Notes: generated by a model from the letters alone, not told the origin. A DNA stretch of 57,054 nt from Candidatus Spyradocola sp. (GCA_034113365.1 JAXEXP010000083.1:1-57054), one strand, 5' to 3'; positions 1 to 9,562 are shown, counted from the stretch's first letter. Translations and numbers: made by a program.

Positions 1-127
1 CGGGGGGGGGGGGGCGGGGGGCCCCCGGCTTTGGGGGGGGGGGGGGCCGCCGGGCGGGAGCACTGCCGTGCGGCGCGCGCAGACCCCGGCTGGGGGCGGG
101 ATGCAGTCTATCGATGGAGAGGTGCGG

Positions 128-805
128 ATGATTCAGCTGGATGAACGCCTGCTGGCGGCGGAAGCGCTCGCCGGGCGCTGTGATCGCGTGGTGGACGTGG
201 GCACGAACCACGGCTTTCTGCCTGTGCACATGCTGCAGAGCGGCTTGTGCGGGCGGGCGGTGCTGTGCGACGTGAGCGCGGACGCATTGGAGCGCGCAAG
301 GAGAATGGTCGCGGCGGAAGGCCTGGAAGGGAAAACAAAGCTGATCGTGACCGATGGCCTGCAGGGCATTGAGATCAAGCAGGGCGACGTGGTGACGGTC
401 TGCGGCATGGGCGCCAGAACCATTGCGCATATATTGGATGAAAACCCCGGCTGCCCGGTGGTGATGCAGCCCAATGTAGAGGTGCGCCTGCTGAGAAGGC
501 ATTTGGAGGGCATCGGCATGCACATCGCAAGGGAGAGGATCGCGTTTGCCGCGGGAAGGTATTATGTGCTGCTGCGCGCCGAGCCGGGCAGAGAAGCGGG
601 AATGAGCGACTACGAGGCGCACATCGGGCCGGCGCTGTTGCGGGACAGGCCGCCGCTGTTTCGGGAGTATCTGCAGTGGCGGCTGGGCGTGACGCAGCGC
701 GCGCTGGACGGCATGAAGATCGGCAGGGACGCGGAAAAGCTTCGGCAGGCGCAAAGCGACGTGGACGACGTCAAGAGGGCGCTCAGAGAGGTGGAGAGCA
801 GATGA
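128..805 (+). CDS. trmK: tRNA (adenine22-N1)-methyltransferase TrmK
   Basis: LDERL...DVGTNHGFLP SAM motif, TDGL, VCGMGARTI, MQPN; ATG 128 follows GGAGAGGTG RBS; next to a Nif3-like gene as is typical. Confidence 0.9.
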   Translation: MIQLDERLLAAEALAGRCDRVVDVGTNHGFLPVHMLQSGLCGRAVLCDVSADALERARRMVAAEGLEGKTKLIVTDGLQGIEIKQGDVVTVCGMGARTIAHILDENPGCPVVMQPNVEVRLLRRHLEGIGMHIARERIAFAAGRYYVLLRAEPGREAGMSDYEAHIGPALLRDRPPLFREYLQWRLGVTQRALDGMKIGRDAEKLRQAQSDVDDVKRALREVESR

Positions 806-1530
806 AAATGAAGGACCTGATGTGCGCGATGGAGTGCATCGCGCCGGTGAGCAGTGCGGAGGAGTGGGACAATCCCGGCCTGCTGGTGGGCGACGAGGAA
901 GGAGAGGTGCGCGGCATTGTGCTGTGCGTGGACGCGACGTCCGCTGTGGTGGATTTTGCGGAAAAGGTGGGCGCGAACGTGATCCTTTCGCATCACCCGC
1001 TGATGTTCGGCGGGATAAAGCAGCTGACGGAAGGGAGCTATGAGGGTGCGCTGCTGCGGCGGCTGATCCGGAAGGACATGATGCTGTTCGCAGCGCACAC
1101 CAACCTGGACAAGGCGCCCGGCGGCGTGGAGGATTGTCTGGCGGAAGCCTTGGGCGTGGAGTGCGAATGGAGCGAGGAGCCGTTCCTGCGCTGCGGGCAG
1201 GTGGGGCTACACAAGGTGGGGCAGCTGGTGCGCCGCGTGCGGGAGCGCATCAGCCCGCAGGCGGTGTTTTACGGCGATGCGGATGCGGAGATCGACCAGG
1301 TGGCGCTCTCCTGCGGCGGGGGCGGAGAGTTCTTCCGTAGGGCGCACGAGCTGGGCGCGAACGTGTTCATCACGGGCGAGATGAAGCACCATGAGCGCAT
1401 CGAGGCGCAGGGGCTGGGCATGCAGGTCATCCTCGCCGGGCATGAGGAGAGCGAGCGCGTGGTGCTGGAGCCGCTGAAAGAACGGCTGGAGGCACTGATG
1501 CCTGGGAAACCGCCTGTGTTCATTGCCTGA
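802..1530 (+). CDS. Nif3-like dinuclear metal centre protein (GTP cyclohydrolase I type 2 family)
   Basis: EEWDNPGLLVG, SHHPLMF, AHTNLD, TGEMKHH, AGHEESE motifs; ATGA overlap with trmK stop. Confidence 0.9.
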   Translation: MKMKDLMCAMECIAPVSSAEEWDNPGLLVGDEEGEVRGIVLCVDATSAVVDFAEKVGANVILSHHPLMFGGIKQLTEGSYEGALLRRLIRKDMMLFAAHTNLDKAPGGVEDCLAEALGVECEWSEEPFLRCGQVGLHKVGQLVRRVRERISPQAVFYGDADAEIDQVALSCGGGGEFFRRAHELGANVFITGEMKHHERIEAQGLGMQVILAGHEESERVVLEPLKERLEALMPGKPPVFIA

Positions 1531-1550
1531 GGTTAAGTTTTGGATTTGAG

Positions 1551-1579
1551 TTGACAGTGCGAAAGGATTGTGCTATACT
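1551..1579 (+). promoter_or_regulatory. sigma-A promoter of infC operon
   Basis: TTGACA(1551-1556)-17 bp-TATACT(1574-1579) with extended -10 TGn. Confidence 0.85.
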
Positions 1580-1589
1580 CTTTGCTGTT

Positions 1590-1706
1590 GAAGCAGAAGC
1601 ACCCGCTTCTCACCCGCGCCTCAGGCTAAACGGGTCCTACAATGCAAGCACATGCAGTGATAGTGGCGTATTGATGCGGGTGAAATCTGTTCACCCGCTT
1701 TTTTTA
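1590..1706 (+). ncRNA. L20 ribosomal protein leader (cis-regulatory RNA)
   Basis: AGAAGCACCCGCTTCTCACC start; GCGGGTGAA...TTCACCCGC-T7 terminator whose 5' arm can alternatively pair with CACCCGC; directly upstream of infC-rpmI-rplT. Confidence 0.85.
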
Positions 1707-1747
1707 TGCGGAAAGATTGCTACCAAACAACTCGGAGGTGTGTCGGA

Positions 1748-2263
1748 ATCAGTATGGACATGATGATCAATGAAGAAATCCGCGACAAAGAGATCCGTCT
1801 GATCGGTCAGAACGGCGAACAGCTCGGCATTATGTCGGCCCGCCAGGCGCTGGAGATGGCGGAGGGCATGGACCTTGACCTGGTCAAGATCGCGCCCACG
1901 GCCAAGCCGCCCGTCTGCAAGATCATGGACTACGGCAAGTACCGTTTCGAGCAATCCAAGCGTGAGAAGGAAGCGCGGAAGAACCAGAAGGTCATCTCGG
2001 TCAAGGAGGTCCGCCTTTCCCCCACCATCGAGGAGCACGATACGCAGGTGCGCGTGCGCGACTGCATCAAGTTCCTCGGCAACGGCGACAAGGTCAAGGT
2101 CTCCATTCGGTTCCGCGGCCGCATGATCACCCACTCCGAGGTCGGCCTCGATGTGATGAACGAGTTCTACGAAAGAGTCAAGGATTATGCCGTGATGGAT
2201 CGCAAGCCCTCCACCGAGGGCCGCACCATGACCATGATGCTCTCTCCCAAGCAGGACAAGTAA
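1748..2263 (+). CDS. infC: translation initiation factor IF-3 (probable ATC start)
   Basis: INEEIR...PPVCKIMDYGKYRFE, KVKVSIRFRGR; GGAGGTG at 1734-1740 is 7 nt before an in-frame ATC. Confidence 0.97.
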   Translation: MSMDMMINEEIRDKEIRLIGQNGEQLGIMSARQALEMAEGMDLDLVKIAPTAKPPVCKIMDYGKYRFEQSKREKEARKNQKVISVKEVRLSPTIEEHDTQVRVRDCIKFLGNGDKVKVSIRFRGRMITHSEVGLDVMNEFYERVKDYAVMDRKPSTEGRTMTMMLSPKQDK

Positions 2264-2300
2264 TCTCATAAATTTCCCCTAAGAGAGGAGGATATATTCC

Positions 2301-2498
2301 ATGCCTAAGCAGAAAACGCACAAGGGCGCCGCAAAGCGCTTTTCGGTGACGAAGAACGGTCTGGTCAAGCACCAGAAGGCTTTCAAGGGTCACATCCTCA
2401 CCAAGAAGAGCACCAAGCGTAAGCGCAACCTGCGCCAGACCGGTTACACCACCACCACCGAGGGCGCGACCATCAAGAAGCTCATCCCCTACAAGTAA
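2301..2498 (+). CDS. rpmI: 50S ribosomal protein L35
   Basis: [14 protein letters not shown]...[15 protein letters not shown]. Confidence 0.98.
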   Translation: MPKQKTHKGAAKRFSVTKNGLVKHQKAFKGHILTKKSTKRKRNLRQTGYTTTTEGATIKKLIPYK

Positions 2499-2537
2499 GA
2501 AAACCTGTTGTGGTAAATCAAAGGAGGCATACCCCAA

Positions 2538-2894
2538 ATGGCCAGAATTAAGATGTCGGTCAACGCCAAGAAGCGCCGCAGGAAGGTTTTCAAACTTGCC
2601 AAGGGCTACTTTGGCGCCAAGTCCAAGCAGTTCCGCGCGGCGAACGAGCAGGTCGCCCGTTCCCTGCGTTACGCCTATGTCGGCCGTCGCCTGCGCAAGC
2701 GCGACTTCCGCAAGCTGTGGATCGCCCGTATCAACGCGGCTGTCCGTCCCTACGGCCTGTCCTACAGCCGTTTTATCAACGGCCTGAAGCTCGCCAACGT
2801 CGACCTGAACCGCAAGGTTCTCGCCGAGATGGCCATCAACGATCCCGCGGCGTTTGCCAAGGTCGTCGAGGTCGCCAAGGCGAAGCTGGCGTAA
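2538..2894 (+). CDS. rplT: 50S ribosomal protein L20
   Basis: [34 protein letters not shown]. Confidence 0.98.
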   Translation: MARIKMSVNAKKRRRKVFKLAKGYFGAKSKQFRAANEQVARSLRYAYVGRRLRKRDFRKLWIARINAAVRPYGLSYSRFINGLKLANVDLNRKVLAEMAINDPAAFAKVVEVAKAKLA

Positions 2895-2912
2895 AGACCA
2901 CCGCATAAATTG

Positions 2913-2942
2913 ACCGTCCGTGTGCGCATGGGCGGTCTTTTT
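2913..2942 (+). terminator. intrinsic terminator after rplT
   Basis: GACCGTCCGTG-TGCG-CATGGGCGGTC hairpin followed by TTTTT. Confidence 0.75.
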
Positions 2943-2964
2943 CGTAAAGCAAAGGAGAGGGAAA

Positions 2965-3750
2965 ATGCTTCAGGATCTGCTGACCAGCACGGCCAACGAA
3001 AAGGTGCGCTTCATGCGCGCGCTGCAGGACGCAAAGGCGCGCAAGGGCTCCGGGCTGATGCGCGTGGAGGGCAGAAAGCTCTGCAATGAAGCGGCGCGGG
3101 AGCTTTCCGTGGACACGCTGTTCGTGGACGAGAGCCGTGTGAACGAGTATGACGGCCTGATCGAAGCGTGCCTAAAGCAGGGCGCTGCGGTGCACCCCGT
3201 CTCGGCGCGCATCATCGAGTACGCGTCGGAGACCAAGACCCCGCAGGACGTGGTGCTCTCGGCGCACATCCCGCAGCTGCCGCTGCGCAGCGGGCCGCTG
3301 GTCGCGCTGGACGGCGTGCAGGATCCCGGCAACTGCGGCACGATTCTGCGCACCTGCGACGCGGCGGGCTTTGGCGGCGTGATCCTCGGCCCGGGCTGCG
3401 CCGACCCCTACGCGCCCAAGACCGTGCGCGCCACGATGGGCAGCCTGTTCCGCGTGCCCATCCTGCGCGTGGACGACCTTGCGGGCGAACTTGCGAGCCG
3501 CCGGGAGCAGGGCACGGCGATCCTGATCTCCCACCTGCACGGCGAGGATTTCTACGCGCGGAAGCCCCTGCCCGAGCAGCTGGTGCTCGTCATCGGCAGC
3601 GAGGGGCGCGGCGTGAGCGACGCCGTGGCGGCCACCGCCACCCACCGCTTCAAGCTGCCCATGGTGGGCGGCGCGGAGTCGCTCAATGCCTCGGTTGCAG
3701 CCGGCATCCTCATCTACGACATCTTCCGCGAGCGGCATTATCCGCGTTGA
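2965..3750 (+). CDS. TrmH/SpoU family RNA methyltransferase
   Basis: VQDPGNCGTILRT, IGSEGRGVS, ESLNASVAAGI SPOUT motifs; AAGGAG RBS. Confidence 0.92.
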   Translation: MLQDLLTSTANEKVRFMRALQDAKARKGSGLMRVEGRKLCNEAARELSVDTLFVDESRVNEYDGLIEACLKQGAAVHPVSARIIEYASETKTPQDVVLSAHIPQLPLRSGPLVALDGVQDPGNCGTILRTCDAAGFGGVILGPGCADPYAPKTVRATMGSLFRVPILRVDDLAGELASRREQGTAILISHLHGEDFYARKPLPEQLVLVIGSEGRGVSDAVAATATHRFKLPMVGGAESLNASVAAGILIYDIFRERHYPR

Positions 3751-3758
3751 CCGGAGAC

Positions 3759-3867
3759 GACCTCATCCGTCTCGTGCCGCAGAAGCGTCACGAGCCACCT
3801 TCCCCTGAGAGGGGAAGGCTTTTGGATGCGCGCGTTCCTCCATAGGCTTCCCCTTGAGGGGAAGCTG
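3759..3867. repeat. inverted pair of REP-like family A units (forward variant 3759-3820; truncated reverse copy 3845-3867)
   Basis: ACCTCATC...CCTTCCCCTGAGAGGGGAAGGC and GGCTTCCCCTTGAGGGGAAGCTG match the repeat at 18160, 21218, 33490, 50503. Confidence 0.8.
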
Positions 3868-4165
3868 CAGCCTGTCGACAAAGTCGACAGGCTCGAAAAA
3901 GATGAATACTCATCTTTTTCGAATTGCAGAAAAATTCGCGCACGGCCTTGCCGCACACGAATTTTTCTGTATCGGAAGCGATTTTCCATCTGCCTATGGA
4001 TTAAGAACGGTGGAAACAGAGACTTCGTCCAGCTCATTCTTTCCTAGCGTACAGAAAATCGCTCCTCGGCGGGGTACACGCCCCCGCCTGCGGATTGAAG
4101 ATGAAGGGGCTGCGGCCCCTTCATGCATCCCCGGGGAGCACATGCCTGTTTTTTGACAGGCTGTA
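3866..4165. mobile_element. non-autonomous MITE-like element with terminal inverted repeats
   Basis: left TGCAGCCTGTCGACAAA vs reverse complement of right end TACAGCCTGTCAAAAAA; interior made of stacked hairpins; no convincing ORF. Confidence 0.6.
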
Positions 4166-4209
4166 CCGCCGTTTTCCCCTTGAAACAGGGGGAAAACGGC
4201 GGCTTTTTC
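4165..4209. terminator. hairpin terminator between convergent genes
   Basis: CCGCCGTTTTCCCC...GGGGAAAACGGCGG followed by CTTTTT. Confidence 0.65.
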
Positions 4210-4243
4210 ATGCGGTTTTCAGTCATAATCGGTGCAAAACTGA

Positions 4244-5527
4244 TCACTTTGTCAGGCGGATGGTGTAGAGCCAGTGGCTGTCCACGGTCTCGGGGTCGAT
4301 GGGCGGGAAGAGGAGCTGGGCCTTGCCGTGGTGTTCGCGGACGGTGATGGGCGCGTCGCTGCCCAGCAGGTCGGCCTTGAGGCGGGGAGCGTAGTCCACC
4401 AGCTCCAGCGTCTGCTCGCCGAAGGGGAAGCGGTTCAGGATCGCGTAGGTGGTGTCGCCCTTGCGGGTGTAGTAGACGCCGTTTTGGCGCGATTTGCTGT
4501 GGATGGTCGTGCCGTAGATGGCTTCGCCGTTGACGCGCAGCCAATCGCCCATCTGGAGCAGGCGCTCCTCCATGATGGCAGGAATGGTGCCGTCGGCGGC
4601 GGGGCCTACGTCCAGCAGGAAGTTGCCGCCCTTGCTGACGAGGTCGCAGAGCATCTCCAGCAGCTGTTTGGCGGTGAAATAGTCGGCGGCGCGCTCGTTG
4701 CGGTTGAAGCCGAAGGACTTGCCGATGCCGCGGTTCTCCTCGAAGGGGCGGTCCAGCGTGACGTCCTCGATGCGCAGGTTTTCCTCGATAAAGCCGTATT
4801 CCGTGGTGAAATTGCCGCCGAAGTGGCCGCGCGTGCCCTTGCCCCAGCGGTCGTTGGGCACGATGAAATCGCGGACGGAGGACTCGTTATAGAGCCACTG
4901 CAGGAACTCCGTGGAATGCCAGGTGGTGTCGGGATGGTCCCACTCGCCGTCGGTAAAGAGGGTATAGGGCTGGTATTTTTCCACCAGCTCCTTGAGCATG
5001 GGGTGCAGGTGCTCGAGGGCGTAGCGCTCGGGATCCTTGAGGTAGAGCGGGTGATACCACTCATAGACCGAATGGTAGACGCCAAAGCGCACGGGCGTGC
5101 CGTCGAGCGCACATTTCAGCTCCTGCAGGAAGTCGCGGTGAGGGCCGACGTCCACGCTGTTCCAGTTCCAGGCGTAGTCGGACTTGTAGAGGCAGAAGCC
5201 GTCGTGGTGCTTGGAGACGAAGTTGACGTAGCGCGCGCCGGACTTGACGAAGATGTCCGCCCAGCGGCCGGCGTCGAACAGCTCGGCGGTAAAGCCCTTT
5301 ACAAAGTCCTCATAGCGGGCGTGCTCACCGTAAACGCGGCGATGGAACGCGGAGGCCTCGCTGTTTGGGTCCTCGAGCTGTTTCCAGTACCACTCGGCAT
5401 AGTCGCCGTTGCGCGTGTAGGCGGGGACGGAATACAGCCCCCAATGGATGAAGATGCCGAACTTGGCGTCGCTGAACCACTGCGGGACGGGGCGGGCGTT
5501 GAGCGACGCCCAGTTGTTTTCGTACAT
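4244..5527 (-). CDS. alpha-L-fucosidase (GH29), no signal peptide
   Basis: WFSDAKFGIFIHWGLYSVP, SKHHDGF, NDRWG, VSKGGNFLLDVGP. Confidence 0.92.
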   Translation of the reverse strand: MYENNWASLNARPVPQWFSDAKFGIFIHWGLYSVPAYTRNGDYAEWYWKQLEDPNSEASAFHRRVYGEHARYEDFVKGFTAELFDAGRWADIFVKSGARYVNFVSKHHDGFCLYKSDYAWNWNSVDVGPHRDFLQELKCALDGTPVRFGVYHSVYEWYHPLYLKDPERYALEHLHPMLKELVEKYQPYTLFTDGEWDHPDTTWHSTEFLQWLYNESSVRDFIVPNDRWGKGTRGHFGGNFTTEYGFIEENLRIEDVTLDRPFEENRGIGKSFGFNRNERAADYFTAKQLLEMLCDLVSKGGNFLLDVGPAADGTIPAIMEERLLQMGDWLRVNGEAIYGTTIHSKSRQNGVYYTRKGDTTYAILNRFPFGEQTLELVDYAPRLKADLLGSDAPITVREHHGKAQLLFPPIDPETVDSHWLYTIRLTK

Positions 5528-5553
5528 GCGGGATGACCTCGCTTTCTTGCGGA

Positions 5554-7383
5554 TTAGCGGATGCCGCGGCGGGCGTTGAATTCCTGCCAGACGGTCTCAA
5601 ACCAGTCGTCGGTGCGGGGCAGCGGGCGGACTGGGGTATAAAAACTAACGTTGTCGCGGGTGCGGAGGGTGTGGCTGCGCATGGGATCGCCCGCGGGGAC
5701 GCCCGGCACGAGCGCCGAGCCGAGGCTGCCCGAGGTTTTGGCGGAGAGCAGCATGGCCGAGAGCATGGCGCGCTGCACGGCGAGCGCGTCCAGCGTGTCA
5801 AAGGCGGCGGGCAGGTCGGCGACGCCCTGCGCGGACAGTCTCGGGGGCTGAGAAAGCTCATTTGCCATGCTCTGCATCTGTTCGACGTCGCGGGTGAAGG
5901 CGGCGTACTGCGTCATGCGGGTCTGCATGCGCTTGCGAACGGTCAGGTGGTGCGGAGCATCGGCGGTGAGCAGCGCAGCGATGTCGCTGCGGAGGGCCTG
6001 GACGGCATTTTCGCAGGCGGATTCGTCGATGGGAGCGGGCTGCGCTTCGTAGGCGATGTGCTCAGCGGCGCGCTGAGCGCCCACCTGCGTGGAATTGAGC
6101 GCGGAGCCGCCCGGGCGCGCGATGCCGAAGGTGCCCGCGGCCTCGCCCGCGCAATAGAGGCCCTCGATGCTGGTGCGCCAGTTGGCGTCCACGGCGAGGC
6201 CGCCGTTGCAGTGCTGGGCGCAGACGGCGATGGGCAGCAGCTCGCGCGACAGGTCGATGCCGTGGCTGCGGTAGAGCTGCACGGCCTGCGGGTTCATGCG
6301 GCGCAGGCGCTCGATGGGCGTGGCGACGAGGCAATCCGAGCGGGTGAGGTACTCGCGCGCCTCGGGGGAGAGCAGGGTGAAACTATCGTCGAGTCCGGCG
6401 GGGTCGTGGGTGAAGTCGAGGTAGACGCTGCGGCCCTTCATGCGCTCGGCGTGCACGGCGAGGTCGACGCGGGAGGAGCCCACTGCGGCCTTGGTGCTGT
6501 CGAAGGGCCACTGGTAGCCCTTGAGGAAGGTCATGTTGAGGGCTTCAGCGGCGCTGCCGAGGGCCTCGGGCAGGAATTCGCGCTGGACGCCGTGCTCGTC
6601 GATGGAGACGTAGCGCGGGAGCACCTGCTGGTAGCTGCCCGAGAGGTTCCAGCGGAAGGAGGTGCTGGCGAGGCCGTACTGCCACTGGTTGAGGTTGGAG
6701 CCCTCCGCGCCCGCGCTCAGCGCCATACCCGTGCCGCCCGACTGGCTCTCGGGGTAGACGACGCTGTCGTAGGCCAGCGCGGGACCGCCGGTGCACAGCA
6801 CCACAAACGGCGCGCGCAGGAGCGTCAGGCCGTAGTCGTCGTGCAGGCGGGAGGTGTCCAGCGCGAGCACGCCGTGGACGCGGTTGCCCTTTGTGATGAG
6901 GCGGACGGCCTGCAGGGGTGCTAAAGTTTGCACGCCTGCGCGCCCGGCGGCGCGTTGGAGGGCCTCGGTCATCAGCTTTGAGGTGAGGGGGCCTGCGGAG
7001 GTGGCGCGCATGCGGGAATCGTGGTCGGTGCGGTAGCCCACGAACTCGCCGAAGCGGTTGGTGGGAAAGGGCACGCCGAGGTCGGTCAGGCGCAGGAAGG
7101 CGCGGGCGCTGCCGGCGGCCTCGCAAAGCGCGGTATCGCCGTCGACGCAGCCGCCGGAAAACAGGTCGCGCGCCATGTCGTAGACGCTGTCCCTGCGGTC
7201 GGCGCAGAGGGAGAGCTTGTAGTAGGTCTGCTTATCGCTGCCGGTGTTGCGCGAGGTTCCGCGGTTGACGCCCGCGCTGAGCAGCAGCACGTCCGGCACG
7301 CCGAGGCGGGCGAGGGTTTCCGCGGCGGCATAGCCCGCGCAACCCGTGCCGATGACGAGCACGCGGGCGGTGATTTCCTTCAT
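5554..7383 (-). CDS. FAD-binding oxidoreductase (FAD_binding_2, SdhA/NadB-like superfamily)
   Basis: VLVIGTGCAG dinucleotide motif, LCTGG, QHCNGGL, GLYCAGEAAG, RPGGSAL; ATG 7383 after AGGGAG. Confidence 0.85.
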   Translation of the reverse strand: MKEITARVLVIGTGCAGYAAAETLARLGVPDVLLLSAGVNRGTSRNTGSDKQTYYKLSLCADRRDSVYDMARDLFSGGCVDGDTALCEAAGSARAFLRLTDLGVPFPTNRFGEFVGYRTDHDSRMRATSAGPLTSKLMTEALQRAAGRAGVQTLAPLQAVRLITKGNRVHGVLALDTSRLHDDYGLTLLRAPFVVLCTGGPALAYDSVVYPESQSGGTGMALSAGAEGSNLNQWQYGLASTSFRWNLSGSYQQVLPRYVSIDEHGVQREFLPEALGSAAEALNMTFLKGYQWPFDSTKAAVGSSRVDLAVHAERMKGRSVYLDFTHDPAGLDDSFTLLSPEAREYLTRSDCLVATPIERLRRMNPQAVQLYRSHGIDLSRELLPIAVCAQHCNGGLAVDANWRTSIEGLYCAGEAAGTFGIARPGGSALNSTQVGAQRAAEHIAYEAQPAPIDESACENAVQALRSDIAALLTADAPHHLTVRKRMQTRMTQYAAFTRDVEQMQSMANELSQPPRLSAQGVADLPAAFDTLDALAVQRAMLSAMLLSAKTSGSLGSALVPGVPAGDPMRSHTLRTRDNVSFYTPVRPLPRTDDWFETVWQEFNARRGIR

Positions 7384-7393
7384 AATCGGCTCC

Positions 7394-8179
7394 CTAGATG
7401 TGCGCGAAGCGGTCGTCGGGGATGGAGAGGCGCTGGGCCAGCTGCATGGCCAGCTCGACGAAGCACAGCTCGCGCAGCGCGTGGGCGTCGCTGCCCAGCG
7501 TGAAGGTGCAACCGCAGTCGCGCGCGATGGAGAACATGCGCTCGTGATTGGCCATAAGCTGGGGGTCGTTCCACTCGCGCTCGAAGGAGGAGCCGTTGAT
7601 CTCGATGGCGGCGCCGTGCTGTGCGGCGAGGGTGAAGCAATCCGCGAACTGCTCGTCGGAGATGCAGTCGAGTATGGCCTTGGTCTGCATAGGCGTGCGG
7701 CCGACGGGGCCGAAGGGGTGGGCGATGATGGTGGCAAAGTCCTTGCTGACCAGGTCGCAGAAGCTGGTGACGAGGTAGTCGGCGACCTGCTCGTCGGTGA
7801 CGCGGTCCTTGGGCAGCACGAGGCCCACCATGTGGATGTGGGAATGCGGCACGAGCAGGTAGTCCAGCTGATCCTTGCAGGCCTGCGAGAGCATGATCTT
7901 GCCGCCGGCGAACTCCGTCTCCGCGCCGATGAGCAGGCGGACGCCGTGCAGGTCGGCGGGGATCTGATCGCGGATCTTCATGATGTGGGAGAAGGGCTGG
8001 CCGGCGTAGAACTCGCTGCCCGCGGGGGCATCGCAGTCCCAGACGTGGTTGGAGATGCCGATGGTGCCCACGCCATGCGCGGCGGCCCAGGCGGCGATGT
8101 TTTCCACCGTCTGCTCGGGGTCGGAGGAGCAGAGCGAGAGGTTGGTGTGGATGTGCAGGTCATGGAGCGGTGTGTTCAT
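7394..8179 (-). CDS. PHP-domain metallophosphoesterase
   Basis: HDLHIHT, ISNH, GAETE, IAHP, GSDAH; AAGGAGG RBS before ATG 8179. Confidence 0.85.
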   Translation of the reverse strand: MNTPLHDLHIHTNLSLCSSDPEQTVENIAAWAAAHGVGTIGISNHVWDCDAPAGSEFYAGQPFSHIMKIRDQIPADLHGVRLLIGAETEFAGGKIMLSQACKDQLDYLLVPHSHIHMVGLVLPKDRVTDEQVADYLVTSFCDLVSKDFATIIAHPFGPVGRTPMQTKAILDCISDEQFADCFTLAAQHGAAIEINGSSFEREWNDPQLMANHERMFSIARDCGCTFTLGSDAHALRELCFVELAMQLAQRLSIPDDRFAHI

Positions 8180-8208
8180 ATAGATAAACCTCCTTGGTGT
8201 GATGAATT

Positions 8209-8631
8209 TCAAGAATGAGCGTTTTCGACGAGGGCGGCGTTCGCAACGGTTCCGCCGCTGACCCTTTTTCCCGCCTGTTCAAGCGGTCTCTGCGCGATGG
8301 CAAAGAGCTTCTCCTGCAGGCCGTTGACCGTGATCGTCCTGCGGAACTCGCAAAGCGACGCTGCGTCCGGCACCTGCTCGCCCGCCGCGCGATCCAGCTT
8401 CATGAATGCCATCATGGCACGGCTGTCGCAGATCACGTCCTCTACAGCATCATCGGGCAGATGAAACCAGATCTGCAGCAGGAACATGCGCAGCATCTGC
8501 TCGGTTCTGCGCGCTCCGCCCGGCCAATGCGGCTCCATCAGCCTGACGCACGCCTCCCACGGGATCAGCCCGTCCATCTCCATCAGAAAGGCTTCCCGCT
8601 TTGTCCGGTGCGGTCTTGTGCTGCTTTCCAT
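8209..8631 (-). pseudogene. IS5-family transposase N-terminal (DUF772-like) fragment, truncated at the start of the DDE domain
   Basis: TKREAFLMEMDGLIPW, MLRMFLLQIWF, QVPDAASLCEFR, GGTVANAA resemble the IS5 N-terminus (..GTIVDAT..); only 140 aa; no TIRs seen. Confidence 0.75.
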
Positions 8632-8658
8632 TCTTCCTCATTCCTTCCCTGTTGCTAT

Positions 8659-8686
8659 AGTATAGCACTTCTCATCAGCGGGTCAA
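8659..8686 (-). promoter_or_regulatory. sigma-A-like promoter upstream of the IS5 fragment/PHP operon
   Basis: TTGACC-16 bp-TATACT with TGn extended -10 on the minus strand. Confidence 0.6.
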
Positions 8687-8760
8687 ACTTCGTTTTTACA
8701 AATCGCTCCGAGTGAGGGGATTTCGAGTGAAGCCGAGAAATCTCTCAGTACTCTGGAGCA

Positions 8761-9561
8761 CTAAGTCGAGTGGCGCCATTTGCCCGGCGGCACGGAATAG
8801 GTCTGGCGGAAGGCGCGGATGAAGTTGTTGACGTCGGCAAAGCCGCATTTGACCGCCACGTCCGTCACGGGCAGGTCGGTGGTCTCCATCAGCTCGCGGG
8901 CGTAGGACAGGCGCAGCAGCTTGATGTACTGCTTGGGGCTGTAGCCCACCTGTTCGTGAAAGCTGTGCGTCAGGTGGCTGGGGCTGACGAAGAACTTCGC
9001 TGCGACCTGTGCCACGGACAGCTCCTGTGTAAAGTGCCGGTCGATGTATTCCTGCGCCTCGCGCACACGCCCCGCGACGGGGCCCGGGCAGGCGGCGAAG
9101 TTCTCCGGACAGGCGCGTCGCGTCAGCACGAGCAGGCGCTTGAGTTCCGCCTCGGCCATCTCCCGCGCGCAGGGCAGGTCGGAGAGGTATTCCCGATGCA
9201 GCGAGGCAAAGATCGCGTCGGCATCCGTGCGGCTGCTTCGCAGGGGCACGCAATGAGTAAAGCCCCTCGGCCGGCTGGTAAACACGGCCGTCAGCGACGA
9301 GTGCGGGAATGCGCGCGTCAGCTCGGCCAGCGACAGGATCGCAAAATACCGCTCATAGGGCTCGGACAGCACGCGCACCTGATGCTCCTCCAGCGAGGAG
9401 ATGAACAAAAGGCAGCCCGGCCCGGCGGTGTAGTCCACCCCGCCGATGGTGAAGCGCGCCTTGCCGCGCTTGACATACACCATCTCGCAGGAGAGATGGC
9501 TGTGGCGGTGTTCGGGCGCCTGGCTCACGCTGTGCTGCAGATCTGTGATGAGCTTCTTCAT
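8761..9561 (-). CDS. AraC family transcriptional regulator
   Basis: N-terminal cupin HRHSHLSCEM; C-terminal HTH VSPSHLTHSF...VAVKCGFADVNNFIRAF. Confidence 0.93.
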   Translation of the reverse strand: MKKLITDLQHSVSQAPEHRHSHLSCEMVYVKRGKARFTIGGVDYTAGPGCLLFISSLEEHQVRVLSEPYERYFAILSLAELTRAFPHSSLTAVFTSRPRGFTHCVPLRSSRTDADAIFASLHREYLSDLPCAREMAEAELKRLLVLTRRACPENFAACPGPVAGRVREAQEYIDRHFTQELSVAQVAAKFFVSPSHLTHSFHEQVGYSPKQYIKLLRLSYARELMETTDLPVTDVAVKCGFADVNNFIRAFRQTYSVPPGKWRHST

Positions 9562-9562
9562 G

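Noticed and set aside
1-60. G-run-rich stretch as a G-quadruplex or regulatory element
   Set aside because: Low-complexity poly-G at the very start of the window is more likely a sequencing or assembly artefact.
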